DNA from: Nannocystis pusilla
GTDB taxonomy: Bacteria > Myxococcota_A > Polyangia > Nannocystales > Nannocystaceae
DNA: 64,000 bases
Direction: 5' to 3' (one strand)
Assembly: GCF_051105105.1 (NCBI RefSeq)
Contig: NZ_CP185339.1
Under the pieces are notes generated by a model. The model was not told the DNA's origin. It did not search any database and worked only from the letters and a program-made list of their open reading frames with translations. Position 1 is the first letter of the stretch. Every line of letters starts with the position of its first letter. This document shows positions 31,381 through 40,000 of this stretch, in pieces. A program made the position numbers and the translations under genes.

Positions 31381-32307
31381 ATGTCGACCCCGCATCCTGC
31401 TTCGCCCGAGGCCCGTGATCGTCTGGTGCTGGGAGTCGTCGGCGGCTCGGGGCTGTACGAGATCGAAGGGCTCGAAGAGGTCGAGCAGGTCGCGCTCGAG
31501 ACGCCCTTCGGACGACCGTCCGACGCCTACACGGTGGGGCTCCTGCCGCGGGTGGACGGGCTGCCGCCGGTGCGCGCGGTGTTCCTGCCGCGACACGGCC
31601 GCGGACACGTGCTGCTGCCTTCGGAGATCAACTTCCGCGCCAACGTCCACGGCTTCAAGCAGCTCGGCGTGACCCACCTGCTCAGCGTGTCGGCGGTCGG
31701 CTCGCTGCGCGAGGACATCGCGCCCGGCGACGTCGTCATCCCCGATCAGTTCATCGACCGCACGGCCGGCCGCGCCCAGACCTTCTTCGGCGGCGGGCTG
31801 GTGGCGCACGTGCAGATGGGCGACCCCGTCGACGCCGGGCTGTCGCGCCGCGTCGCCGGCGCGGCCGAGGCCGAGGGCGCCCGCGTCCACGTCGGCGGCA
31901 CCTGCGTGGTGATGGAGGGCCCGGCGTTCTCGACCCGCGCCGAGTCCAACCTGTACCGCTCGTGGGGCGCGCACGTGATCGGCATGACCGCGCTGCCCGA
32001 GGCGAAGCTCGCCCGCGAGGCCGAGATCGCCTACGCCCTGGTCGCGCTGGCCACCGACTACGACTGCTGGCACCAGAGCGAGGGCGAGGTCAGCGTCGAG
32101 GCGGTGATCGCGGTGCTGAAGGCCAACGTGGCGCTGTCGCGCCGGCTCATCGCCCGCGTGGCCGCGGGGCTGCCGGTGTCGACCGCCGAGCTGCCGTACC
32201 CGCGCGCGCTGCAGCACGCGCTCATCACCGACAAGGCGCGGATCCCGGCCGACACGCGCAAGCGCCTCGAGCTGATCGCAGGGCACCTGCTGCAGGCGCC
32301 GGAGTGA
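31381..32307 (+). CDS. mtnP: S-methyl-5'-thioadenosine phosphorylase (PNP/MTAP family)
   Basis: 308 aa with VLGVVGGSGLYEI, FLPRHGRGH and ATDYDCW. The true start may be downstream of 31381, because the divergent ggt start is only 43 nt away. Confidence 0.8.
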   Translation: MSTPHPASPEARDRLVLGVVGGSGLYEIEGLEEVEQVALETPFGRPSDAYTVGLLPRVDGLPPVRAVFLPRHGRGHVLLPSEINFRANVHGFKQLGVTHLLSVSAVGSLREDIAPGDVVIPDQFIDRTAGRAQTFFGGGLVAHVQMGDPVDAGLSRRVAGAAEAEGARVHVGGTCVVMEGPAFSTRAESNLYRSWGAHVIGMTALPEAKLAREAEIAYALVALATDYDCWHQSEGEVSVEAVIAVLKANVALSRRLIARVAAGLPVSTAELPYPRALQHALITDKARIPADTRKRLELIAGHLLQAPE

Positions 32308-32375
32308 GATGTCCCCGAGGACATGTGCCAGTGCGCATGTCCGTCGATGCCTGTCCTTTCAGGCATGTTTGAACG
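32308..32375. repeat. Three hairpin-family elements between the mtnP stop and the PfkB start
   Basis: gatgtccccgaggacatg (perfect ATGTCC/GGACAT), gcatgtccgtcgatgcc and gcctgtcctttcaggc. Confidence 0.7.
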
Positions 32376-32396
32376 AACAGCAACGAAGAGAGAGCC

Positions 32397-33338
32397 ATGA
32401 CCGTCAGTAAGCCCCACCTCGTCGTCGTCGGCAGCGTCGCCATCGACTGGATCATCACGCCCCGCGCCGAGCGGCCCGAGAGCGTCGGCGGGTCGGCGAC
32501 CTTCTTCGCGATGGCGGCGTCGTACCTGTCCCAGGTGCGGCTGGTCGGCGTGGTCGGGCGCGACTTCCCCGACTACGCGGTGGCCGACCTCAAGGCGGCC
32601 GGCGTCGACACGTCCGGCCTCGAGATCGTGCAGGACGGGCTGACCTTCCGCTGGAAGGGCCAGTACCACGAGAACATGAACGACCGGACGACGCTCGAGA
32701 CGCACCTCAACGTGTTCGAGAAGTTCCAGCCGCGCCTGCCGGACGAGTTCCGCGGCAGCGAGTTCCTGTTCCTGGCCAACATCCAGCCGCGCCTGCAGAG
32801 CGACGTGTTCGCGCAGATGCAGCGGCCGCGCCTGGTCGGCCTCGACACGATGAACCTGTGGATCTCGATCGCCAACGACGACCTCAAGGCGGTGCTCAAG
32901 AACGTGGACGTGCTGACCCTCAACGACGAGGAGGCCCGCCAGCTCAGCGGCGAGCACAACATCGTGAAGGCGGCCCGCGCGGTCCGGGCCCTCGGCCCCC
33001 GCAACGTGGTGATCAAGCGCGGCGAGTACGGGGCGCTGCTGTTCGACGCGGACGGCGAGGTGTTCTCGGCGCCGGCGCTGCCGCTCGAAGACGTGGTCGA
33101 CCCGACCGGCGCCGGCGACAGCTTCGCGGGCGGCTTCATGGGCTATCTGGCCCGCCCCGGGGTGGAGACGAGCGGGGCGTCGCTGCGCACGGCGATGATC
33201 TACGGGTCGGTGATGGCTTCGTTCTGCGTCGAGGGGTTCTCGTACGACCGGCTGAAGGGGCTCGATGCGGCGACGATCCAGAAGCGCTTCGAGACGTTCG
33301 CTGCGCTGACGAACTTTGCTCGGGCCAGCTTGACCTGA
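32397..33338 (+). CDS. PfkB-family carbohydrate/nucleoside kinase
   Basis: 313 aa. N-terminal VVVGSVAIDWI and the C-terminal DPTGAGDSFAGGF anion-hole motif of ribokinase-like kinases. Confidence 0.8.
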   Translation: MTVSKPHLVVVGSVAIDWIITPRAERPESVGGSATFFAMAASYLSQVRLVGVVGRDFPDYAVADLKAAGVDTSGLEIVQDGLTFRWKGQYHENMNDRTTLETHLNVFEKFQPRLPDEFRGSEFLFLANIQPRLQSDVFAQMQRPRLVGLDTMNLWISIANDDLKAVLKNVDVLTLNDEEARQLSGEHNIVKAARAVRALGPRNVVIKRGEYGALLFDADGEVFSAPALPLEDVVDPTGAGDSFAGGFMGYLARPGVETSGASLRTAMIYGSVMASFCVEGFSYDRLKGLDAATIQKRFETFAALTNFARASLT

Positions 33339-33394
33339 GCCGGGGCGCCGCCCACCGCGAGCAGCGTGAGCAGGCTGTGCCTGTCACCCGCTGC

Positions 33395-33500
33395 CGAAGA
33401 TGCGGCGGCCGCATGCGTGTCCTCGCGGTCGTCTCCGACCCCGACGCCATCGCCCGCATCCTGCACGGCGCCGGGTTCCTCCTGCGCCCGCCCTTCGTCC
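33395..33500 (+). pseudogene. Possible 3'-terminal remnant of an IS transposase gene (C..CGGRMRVLAVVSDPDAIARILH..G motif)
   Basis: Frame of track ORF 32858..33811 reads CRRCGGRMRVLAVVSDPDAIARILHGAGFLLRPP. I recall this as similar to conserved C-terminal tails of some IS-family transposases. There is no upstream catalytic domain. Low confidence. Confidence 0.3.
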
Positions 33501-33807
33501 TCGCTGCCCATCTCGGGCCGATGGCCGGGCGCTTCGTCATGCTTGCGTTTCTCCTTGCGGCCAGGACTCTGCCAAATCCTCCCGTCCGCGCGCTGCACTG
33601 CGCGCTGCTCACCGGGCCGCGCCGTACTCGCCCTCGCGCCCGAAATTCTCGCTTCTCAGGCACTGGACCCGGCGCGGGAAGTACGGCATCAAACTTCTTG
33701 AGCGCAGGGCAAGACGGACCGGTTCACCTTCAAGTGACCCACGCAGGCAGCCGGGACCGGCATGCCGGTTCCGGCCCCAAAACAGACGTTGAAGAGGGCA
33801 GAATAAG

Positions 33808-34377
33808 ATGAATATCGATCAAATGCTCGAGGCGGCAGTTCACGTCAATGAACTGCAAAGATTTCAAAACTATTATCTGATCAATTTTTACGGCGATCAT
33901 ATCGGATGGCCTATGCGAGTGCCGGCCGACTATAGTGATGGCTACTGCAGCATACGGGCAGAATCGGGCGAATGGGCGAGAGATGATCCGCGCTTCCAAT
34001 GGCATTTCAACGATGCGCAAGGCCCGCATCGGGTCCCGAGTTATCCAGAGTTCGAGGCTGTGACGATTGTATGCCGGTTCAAGGCTGTCTTCGCATTCCA
34101 GGATGATGCGATTACCACCGACATTGATTTTCCATTTTATAGAGTAAAGGGGCATTCTGGCTTGAATTCCGCGTTCGAGGATCGCGCCAATTTCGGGCTT
34201 GTGCCGGTCGAGGGAAAGAAATGGTTCAATATGATCTCCTTGGCGACTTTCAACGGATCGCCCACATTTATCAGTTGTGGGCCCAGGAATGGGCCGAGCG
34301 TCTGGGCTGAGCCGGAATCATGGGCCCACAAAGGTATCAGCGACCTGCGATGGCTCGCCGTTCCCGCGACGGGATAG
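33808..34377 (+). CDS. Hypothetical protein in a low-GC islet (orphan-like)
   Basis: 189 aa. Visibly AT-richer codon usage (aatatcgatcaaatgctc..., ttttacggcgatcat). No recognisable family. Confidence 0.5.
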   Translation: MNIDQMLEAAVHVNELQRFQNYYLINFYGDHIGWPMRVPADYSDGYCSIRAESGEWARDDPRFQWHFNDAQGPHRVPSYPEFEAVTIVCRFKAVFAFQDDAITTDIDFPFYRVKGHSGLNSAFEDRANFGLVPVEGKKWFNMISLATFNGSPTFISCGPRNGPSVWAEPESWAHKGISDLRWLAVPATG

Positions 34378-34634
34378 ATCTGCGCGCCCACATCCGCCCG
34401 AGCCCAGGTGCTTGATCCCCGGGTTTGATGGCGCAGTCTTCTCACAGGCATGGAGGGACGCGCCATGGGCCAGGTGCTTCACGGCTGCGCCACCACGACG
34501 GAGGCGATCCGTCGAGCGATACAGCATCGTCAAGCGAGCCTGAGGACGCCGGCCAAACGCGACGGGATCGCTGCTACCGCTAGATGACTGTCTCCATGCC
34601 CTCCAGCCGACCATCCCGCACCTGACCCGGGGAC

Positions 34635-34693
34635 GTCGGCGTCGATGCGACGGCCAGGGCGGGCCGTCGCATCGACGCCTTCTTTCGAGCTTT
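34635..34693 (+). terminator. Perfect 18-bp-stem hairpin GGCGTCGATGCGACGGCC-agggcg-GGCCGTCGCATCGACGCC followed by TTCTTTCGAGCTTTC
   Basis: Seen directly at 34635-34676, with a T-rich tail. Lies downstream of a short ORF fragment (MGQVLHGCATTTEAIRRAIQHRQASLRTPAKRDGIAATAR, 34457-34579). Confidence 0.6.
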
Positions 34694-34862
34694 CGGCGCG
34701 GCCTGGTTGGCGGCGAACTCCAGGGCGCGCGGGCGCGAGCGCGTGGGACGGGTCCGCAGAACGCTGTGTCCTCGCGTCGCGGCGGGGAGACGTGCGCAGC
34801 ATCAACCTTCATCGTTGCCGGATCTGCGACCTGTCGCATATTCGATGCGCCTGGAGAATCTC

Positions 34863-35030
34863 ATGACCGACACCACGATCGCGTTGAGCGGCCTCTCGTG
34901 CACAATCCCCTATGTTCGGAATTGCGAGGTCGATCACGACGATCAGGACGACCACGACGATGACGACGACCAGGACGAAAACGACGACCTCGACGATGAT
35001 GACGATGACGGCTTCGGGCCGCAGTACTGA
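34863..35030 (+). CDS. Small Cys-containing peptide with extreme poly-Asp/Glu C-terminal tail (55 aa), hypothetical
   Basis: MTDTTIALSGLSCTIPYVRNCEVDHDDQDDHDDDDDQDENDDLDDDDDDGFGPQY. GGAGAA lies 7 nt upstream. An alternative start 6 codons earlier is MRLENL. Within track ORF 34707..35030. Confidence 0.35.
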   Translation: MTDTTIALSGLSCTIPYVRNCEVDHDDQDDHDDDDDQDENDDLDDDDDDGFGPQY

Positions 35031-35042
35031 GCGGGGCCGCAG

Positions 35043-35336
35043 GTGGGCGTGCCCGCGGGCGACAAGCACGAGGCCAACGGGGTCGCCTGGTACTTCAGCG
35101 GCGATTGGTCGTGGGGCTTCGCGCTCGCAGGCGACGAGGTGAATCGTACGGAATGCGACACTGCTGAGGACCACTCGAAGCTGCGCCTGTGTCGGCACAC
35201 CATCGGTACCCAGCTCGATAACGGCTGGCGCTGTGGCGCGGACACGTCCCTCGACGATTCGTTCGAGTTCGAGCGGTGGGTCTTCGCGGCCGATGGACGA
35301 GGGGGCAAGAACGACATGGCCCCGCAGACAGGTTGA
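35043..35336 (+). CDS. Small Trp/Cys-containing hypothetical protein (GTG start), 12 nt after the acidic peptide stop
   Basis: Track ORF of 97 aa (GVAWYFSGDWSWGFALAGDEV...CRHTIGTQLDNGWRCG). No family recognised. Confidence 0.3.
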   Translation: MGVPAGDKHEANGVAWYFSGDWSWGFALAGDEVNRTECDTAEDHSKLRLCRHTIGTQLDNGWRCGADTSLDDSFEFERWVFAADGRGGKNDMAPQTG

Positions 35337-35337
35337 C

Positions 35338-36321
35338 TCAGGACCGCGAGCGCGCGGCCGGGGGCCGGAGGGCGGCGACGACGAGGGCGCGGAAGAACTG
35401 CGCGCCGGGGTCGGCGTCGGTGCGCGCGTGCCAGTGCAGCGCGAGCGGGAAGTCGACGATCTCGAGCGGGGCGGCGACGGTGCGCAGGGGGAGGCGGCGG
35501 CTGACCTCGGCGGCGAAGCGGCGCGGGAGGCCGGTCATCCAGTCGGTGCGCGAGACGGCGACCGCGGCGGCCATGAAGTGCGGGACGGTGAGGACGACGC
35601 GGCGGCGCAGGCCGGCGCGGGCGAGGTTGTCGCGGGCGACGCGGTGGCCGTGGCCGCCCTCGCCGAGGATCTGCACGTCGACGTAGGGGGTGGCCTCGAA
35701 GGCGGCGCGGTCGAGGCGACGGCCGACCTTGCGGTTGTCGCGGCGGACGACGAGGACGCCCTGTTCGCTGTAGAGCGGGGTCTGGCGCAGGCCGGGGGCC
35801 GTGACCGCGGCGGGGGCGAGGGCGAGGTCGACGAGGCCGGCGGCGAGGCCGTCGCTGGCGATCAGCCGCTCGACCGTGACGACCTGCAGGGAGGCGCGAG
35901 GGAGCTGGCGTTCGAAGCGGGCGACGATCCGCGGCAGGTCGGAGACCTCCTGGTTGTCGGTGAGGGCGATGGAGAAGCGGCGGGTGGTGGTGGCAGGGTC
36001 GAACTCGCGGCCAGCGGCGAGGGCGGCCCGCAGCTCGTGCAGGCCGGCGGCGATCCGCGGCTGCAGCTGGACCGCCACCGGCGTCGGCGCCAGGCCGCGG
36101 CCCCGCCGAACCACGAGCGGGTCGCCGACGACCTCGCGCAGCCGCGCGAGGGCGTTCGAGACCGCCGACTGGGTGACGTGCAGGCGCCGCGCCGCCGCGG
36201 TGGCGCTGCCCTCGGTGAGCACTGCGTCGAGGACGAGGAACAGGTTGAGGTCGATCGCTGCGAGATCCACGAGTATCACCGCTGGTGATGGATACGATGA
36301 GGGAATATCACTGGTCGTCAT
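35338..36321 (-). CDS. LysR-family transcriptional regulator
   Basis: N-terminal HTH (IDLNLFLVLDAVLTEGSATAAARRLHVTQSAVSNALARLRE) plus a LysR substrate-binding domain. Divergent from the NTF2-like gene. Confidence 0.85.
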   Translation of the reverse strand: MTTSDIPSSYPSPAVILVDLAAIDLNLFLVLDAVLTEGSATAAARRLHVTQSAVSNALARLREVVGDPLVVRRGRGLAPTPVAVQLQPRIAAGLHELRAALAAGREFDPATTTRRFSIALTDNQEVSDLPRIVARFERQLPRASLQVVTVERLIASDGLAAGLVDLALAPAAVTAPGLRQTPLYSEQGVLVVRRDNRKVGRRLDRAAFEATPYVDVQILGEGGHGHRVARDNLARAGLRRRVVLTVPHFMAAAVAVSRTDWMTGLPRRFAAEVSRRLPLRTVAAPLEIVDFPLALHWHARTDADPGAQFFRALVVAALRPPAARSRS

Positions 36322-36346
36322 CGCCGGCCAGGGCTACTCCGGTCGC

Positions 36347-36820
36347 ATGCAAACCGACGAGGCGGCGATCCGTGGGCATGTGCTGGCGACCTTCGAGGCG
36401 TGGAGCCGCGGCGACGCGCGGGCGTTCGCGGCCCTGTTCGCGCCGGAGGTCGATTACGTGACGTTCGACGGCGGGCTGGCGCGCGGGCGGGCGGAGGTCG
36501 AGCGGGCCCACGCGGCGCTGTTCGCCACGGTGCTGCGCGGGACGAGCCTGCGCGGGGAGGTCACGGCCGTGCGCCGGATCGGCGACGACGCGGCGGTGGC
36601 CCACGCGATCGGCGGGGCAGTGTGGCCGTGGCAGCGCGGGATCCCGGCGGACCGGCTGTCCCGGCAGACCTACGTGCTGGTCCGCGCCGGCGAGGGCTGG
36701 ACGATCACGGCGTTTCACAACACGCGGGTGCGGCCGCTGCCGCCCCCGGAGTCGCTCGCGTTCAAGCTGTTCGCGTGGTTCGTGCGGCTGCGGCTGCGGC
36801 TGCGCGGGGCGATCGGGTGA
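36347..36820 (+). CDS. NTF2-like (SnoaL/DUF4440/SgcJ-EcaC-type) small protein
   Basis: Start MQTDEAAIRGHVLATFEAWSRGDARAFAALFAPEVDYVTFDG within track ORF 35801..36820. Confidence 0.6.
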   Translation: MQTDEAAIRGHVLATFEAWSRGDARAFAALFAPEVDYVTFDGGLARGRAEVERAHAALFATVLRGTSLRGEVTAVRRIGDDAAVAHAIGGAVWPWQRGIPADRLSRQTYVLVRAGEGWTITAFHNTRVRPLPPPESLAFKLFAWFVRLRLRLRGAIG

Positions 36821-37012
36821 GTGAACGAGCGCACGCAGGCGCAGGGGGCCGCGGGCGGGCCGCCCGCGAGCGCGCGTGCGTGAGGCCGAACGAGGTTCGG
36901 CGCAGCACGCGGACGGGCGAGAGGGCGCTTCGCCGCGCGCGTCGCCGAGCGGGGCCGGGGGGCGCGGGCGAACCTGGTGGTTTTCCCCGGCGGGCCACGC
37001 CAGGGTATTTGC

Positions 37013-40000
37013 ATGGGCGACGCAGGGACAGCCGACCCGGCGAAGTACCGCGCCACCGGACTGCTCAGTCAGAGCGCAGGCGCGGGCATCTACCGCGCGG
37101 TTCGGGTGGAGGACAACCGCGCGGTCGTCATCAAGACGCTCGACCCACGGCTGCGTCCGGCGCGGGAGCTCGAGCGCTTGCGGGCGGAGTACGAGCTCGG
37201 GCGGTCGCTCGACATCCCGGGGACGGTCAAGCCGATCGCGCTGGACACGTACCGCGGCATGCCGGCGCTGGTGCTCGAGCACTTCGAGGGGACGTTCCTC
37301 GAGCAGCTGCTCACGGCGACGCCGCTGCCGCTCGAGCGCTTCTTGACGCTGGCGATCGGCATCGCCGGGGCGGTCGAGGAGCTCCACCGGCGCGACGTGA
37401 TCCACAAGGACCTCAAGCCCGACAACATCGTGGTCGACCCGGTCCGCGGCGAGGTCAAGCTGGCCAACCTCGGGGTGGCGTCGCCGCGGCACCGCGAGCC
37501 CGGGCTCGCGCCGACCGCGGGGATCTTGACCGGATCGCTGCCGTACATGTCGCCGGAGCAGACCGGGCGGATGAACCGACCGCTCGACTTCCGCAGCGAC
37601 CTCTACTCGCTGGGCGTCACGTTCTATCGGATGCTCACCGGGCGCCTGCCGTTCCGCGCCAGCGATCCGCTGGAATGGATCCACTGCCACGTGGCGCGCC
37701 GCGTCACGCCGCCTTCGGCGCTGCGTCCGTCGGTGCCGGAGGTGGTGTCGGCGATCGTGGTAAAGCTGCTGGCCAAGGTCGCGGAGGACCGCTACCAGAG
37801 CGCGCGAGGGCTGCGTCGCGACCTCGAGCGGTGCCTGGCGGCATGGCACGCGCACGGGCGGATCGAGCCGTTCCCGCTCGGCGAGGAGGACCTGTCGGAG
37901 CGGCCCCGCGTGCCGCAGCAGCTGTACGGCCGCGAGCGCGAGCTGGCGGCGCTCCGCGGCGCGTTCGAGGCGATGGTCGAGACCGGAGCGCCGGGGGTCG
38001 TGCGCGTGTCCGGCTATTCAGGGGTGGGCAAGTCGACGCTCGTCCACAAGCTGCAACGACCGATCGTCCAGGCCCACGGGTTCTTCCTCTCGGGCAAGTT
38101 CGATCAGTACCAGCGAGGGATCCCCTACGCGACGCTCTCGCAGGCCTTCCGCGCCCTGGTCCGCGACATCCTCGCCGAGCCGGACGAGCGCGTCAGCGAG
38201 TGGCGCGGACGCTTGACGGCGGCGCTCGGCCTGAACGCGCGGCTGATCGTCGACATCATCCCGGAGCTGGCGCTCGTGATCGGCGAGCAGCCGCCCGTGC
38301 CCGAGCTGTCGGGGCCCGACGCGCAGAGCCGGTTTCACCTGGTCTTTCGCCAATTCCTCGGGGTGTTCACGGCCCGCGAGCACCCCGTGGCGCTGTTCCT
38401 CGACGACCTGCAATGGGTCGATTCGGCCAGCCTGGCGCTGCTCACCCACCTGGTCACGCACCCGGACGTCCATTACTTCCTGTGGATCTGCGCTTACCGG
38501 GACAACGAGGTGAGCGGGGCGCACCCCTTGATGACGGCGCTCGCGCGGGTGCGCGCGGCCAACGTGGCGGTGCGCGACATCTTCCTCGGGCCGCTGTCCG
38601 AGGAGCACCTCGCCGCGCTCGTCACTGCGACGTTCGGCGGGCGCGTCCGCGACGCGGCGGCGCTCGCCCGCCTGATCCACGGCAAGACCGCCGGCAACCC
38701 GTTCTTCGCGCTGCAGTTCTTGAATATGCTGCACCAGGAGGGGCTCATCGCGATCGACCTGTCATCCGGACTGTGGGCCGGCGACATCCCGCGGATCCAG
38801 GCCAAGACGGCGACGAGCAACGTCGCCGAGCTGATGGTGCAGACGCTGCAGCGCCTGTCACCGGCGGCGCGCGAGGCCCTCGAGCTGGCCGCCTGTCTCG
38901 GCGGCGTCTCCGAGCTCGGCCTGCTCGCGGCGCTCGCCGAGCGGCCGGAGGAGGAGGTACGGCGCGACCTGTCGGCGGCGGTCCAGGCGGGGCTGGTGCT
39001 GCGCGACGGCGACACCTACAAGTTCGTCCACGACCGCGTGCAAGAGGCGGCGTTCAGCCTGATCCCCGCGGCGGAGCGGGCGGCCGTCCACCTGCGGATC
39101 GGGCGGGCGCTGCTGGCTCGCCTGGCGCGCGAGGAGCTCGAGGCGCAGCTGTTCGAGGTCGCCGGTCATTTCGAAGCGGGGGCGCACCTGCTCGAGCCGA
39201 GCGAGGAGAAGGTGCGGGTCGCAGCGCTCCACCTGGCGGCCGGACGCAAGGCCCAGGCCGCGACCGCCTACGACGCGGCGGTCCGCTACTACTCGGCCGG
39301 CAGCGCGCTGCTCGGCGCCGAGGCGTGGGACGAGCAGCATTCGCTGGCCTTCTCCCTGGGGTTCGGGCGGGCCGAGTGTGAATATTTGCAGGGCCGATTC
39401 GACGCTGCCGAGTCGCAATTCGGGGCGCTGTTCGAGCACGCGCGGACCCGCCGCGAGCGCGCGGAGATCCGGCGGGTCGAGGTCGATCTGTTCACGAGCC
39501 GGCAGGAGCTCCGCACCGCGGTCGAGCGCGGGATCGAGGGCCTGCAGTGGCTCGGGGTCGAGGTGCCGGTCCACCCGACGCGCGCGCAGGTGCAGCGCGA
39601 GCTGCAGACCATCCAGGAGGCGCTCGGCGAGCGGCGGATCGAAGATCTCGTCGATCTGCCGCCGCTCGTCGACCCCGACATGCGCGCGGCGCTCGGGATC
39701 CTCGCGGTGCTGTTCGCGCCGGCGCTCAACACCGACCCCGAGCTGCCGTTCCTCTGCTATTGCCGCATGGTCGAGATCAGCCTGCGCCACGGCAACGGCG
39801 AGGCCTCGGCGCTCGGCTACGCGTACTTCGGGATGGTGCTGGGCCCGTCGTTCGGCCGCTATCGCGAGGGGTACCAATTCGGCAAGCTGGGGTACGACCT
39901 GGCGGAGCGGCTCGGGCTGGTGGCGTACCGCGCCAAGCTCCACTGCATCTTCGGCGATTGCATCTGCTTCTGGACGCAGCACCTGCGCGGCGCGCTGCGC

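Noticed and set aside
31381-31440. MTAP start codon at 31381
   Set aside because: It is kept as the annotated start. However, it leaves only 43 bp to the divergent ggt start, and the conserved GGSG N-terminus begins ~18 codons in, so a downstream GTG or ATG start is possible. The start is flagged as uncertain rather than re-called.
34809-35317. Minus-strand ORFs 34809..35198 and 34943..35317 opposite the acidic peptide
   Set aside because: Their VIVVVVLIVVID and SSSSS stretches are the reverse-complement reading of the GAC/GAT (Asp) codon run, so they are mirror artefacts.
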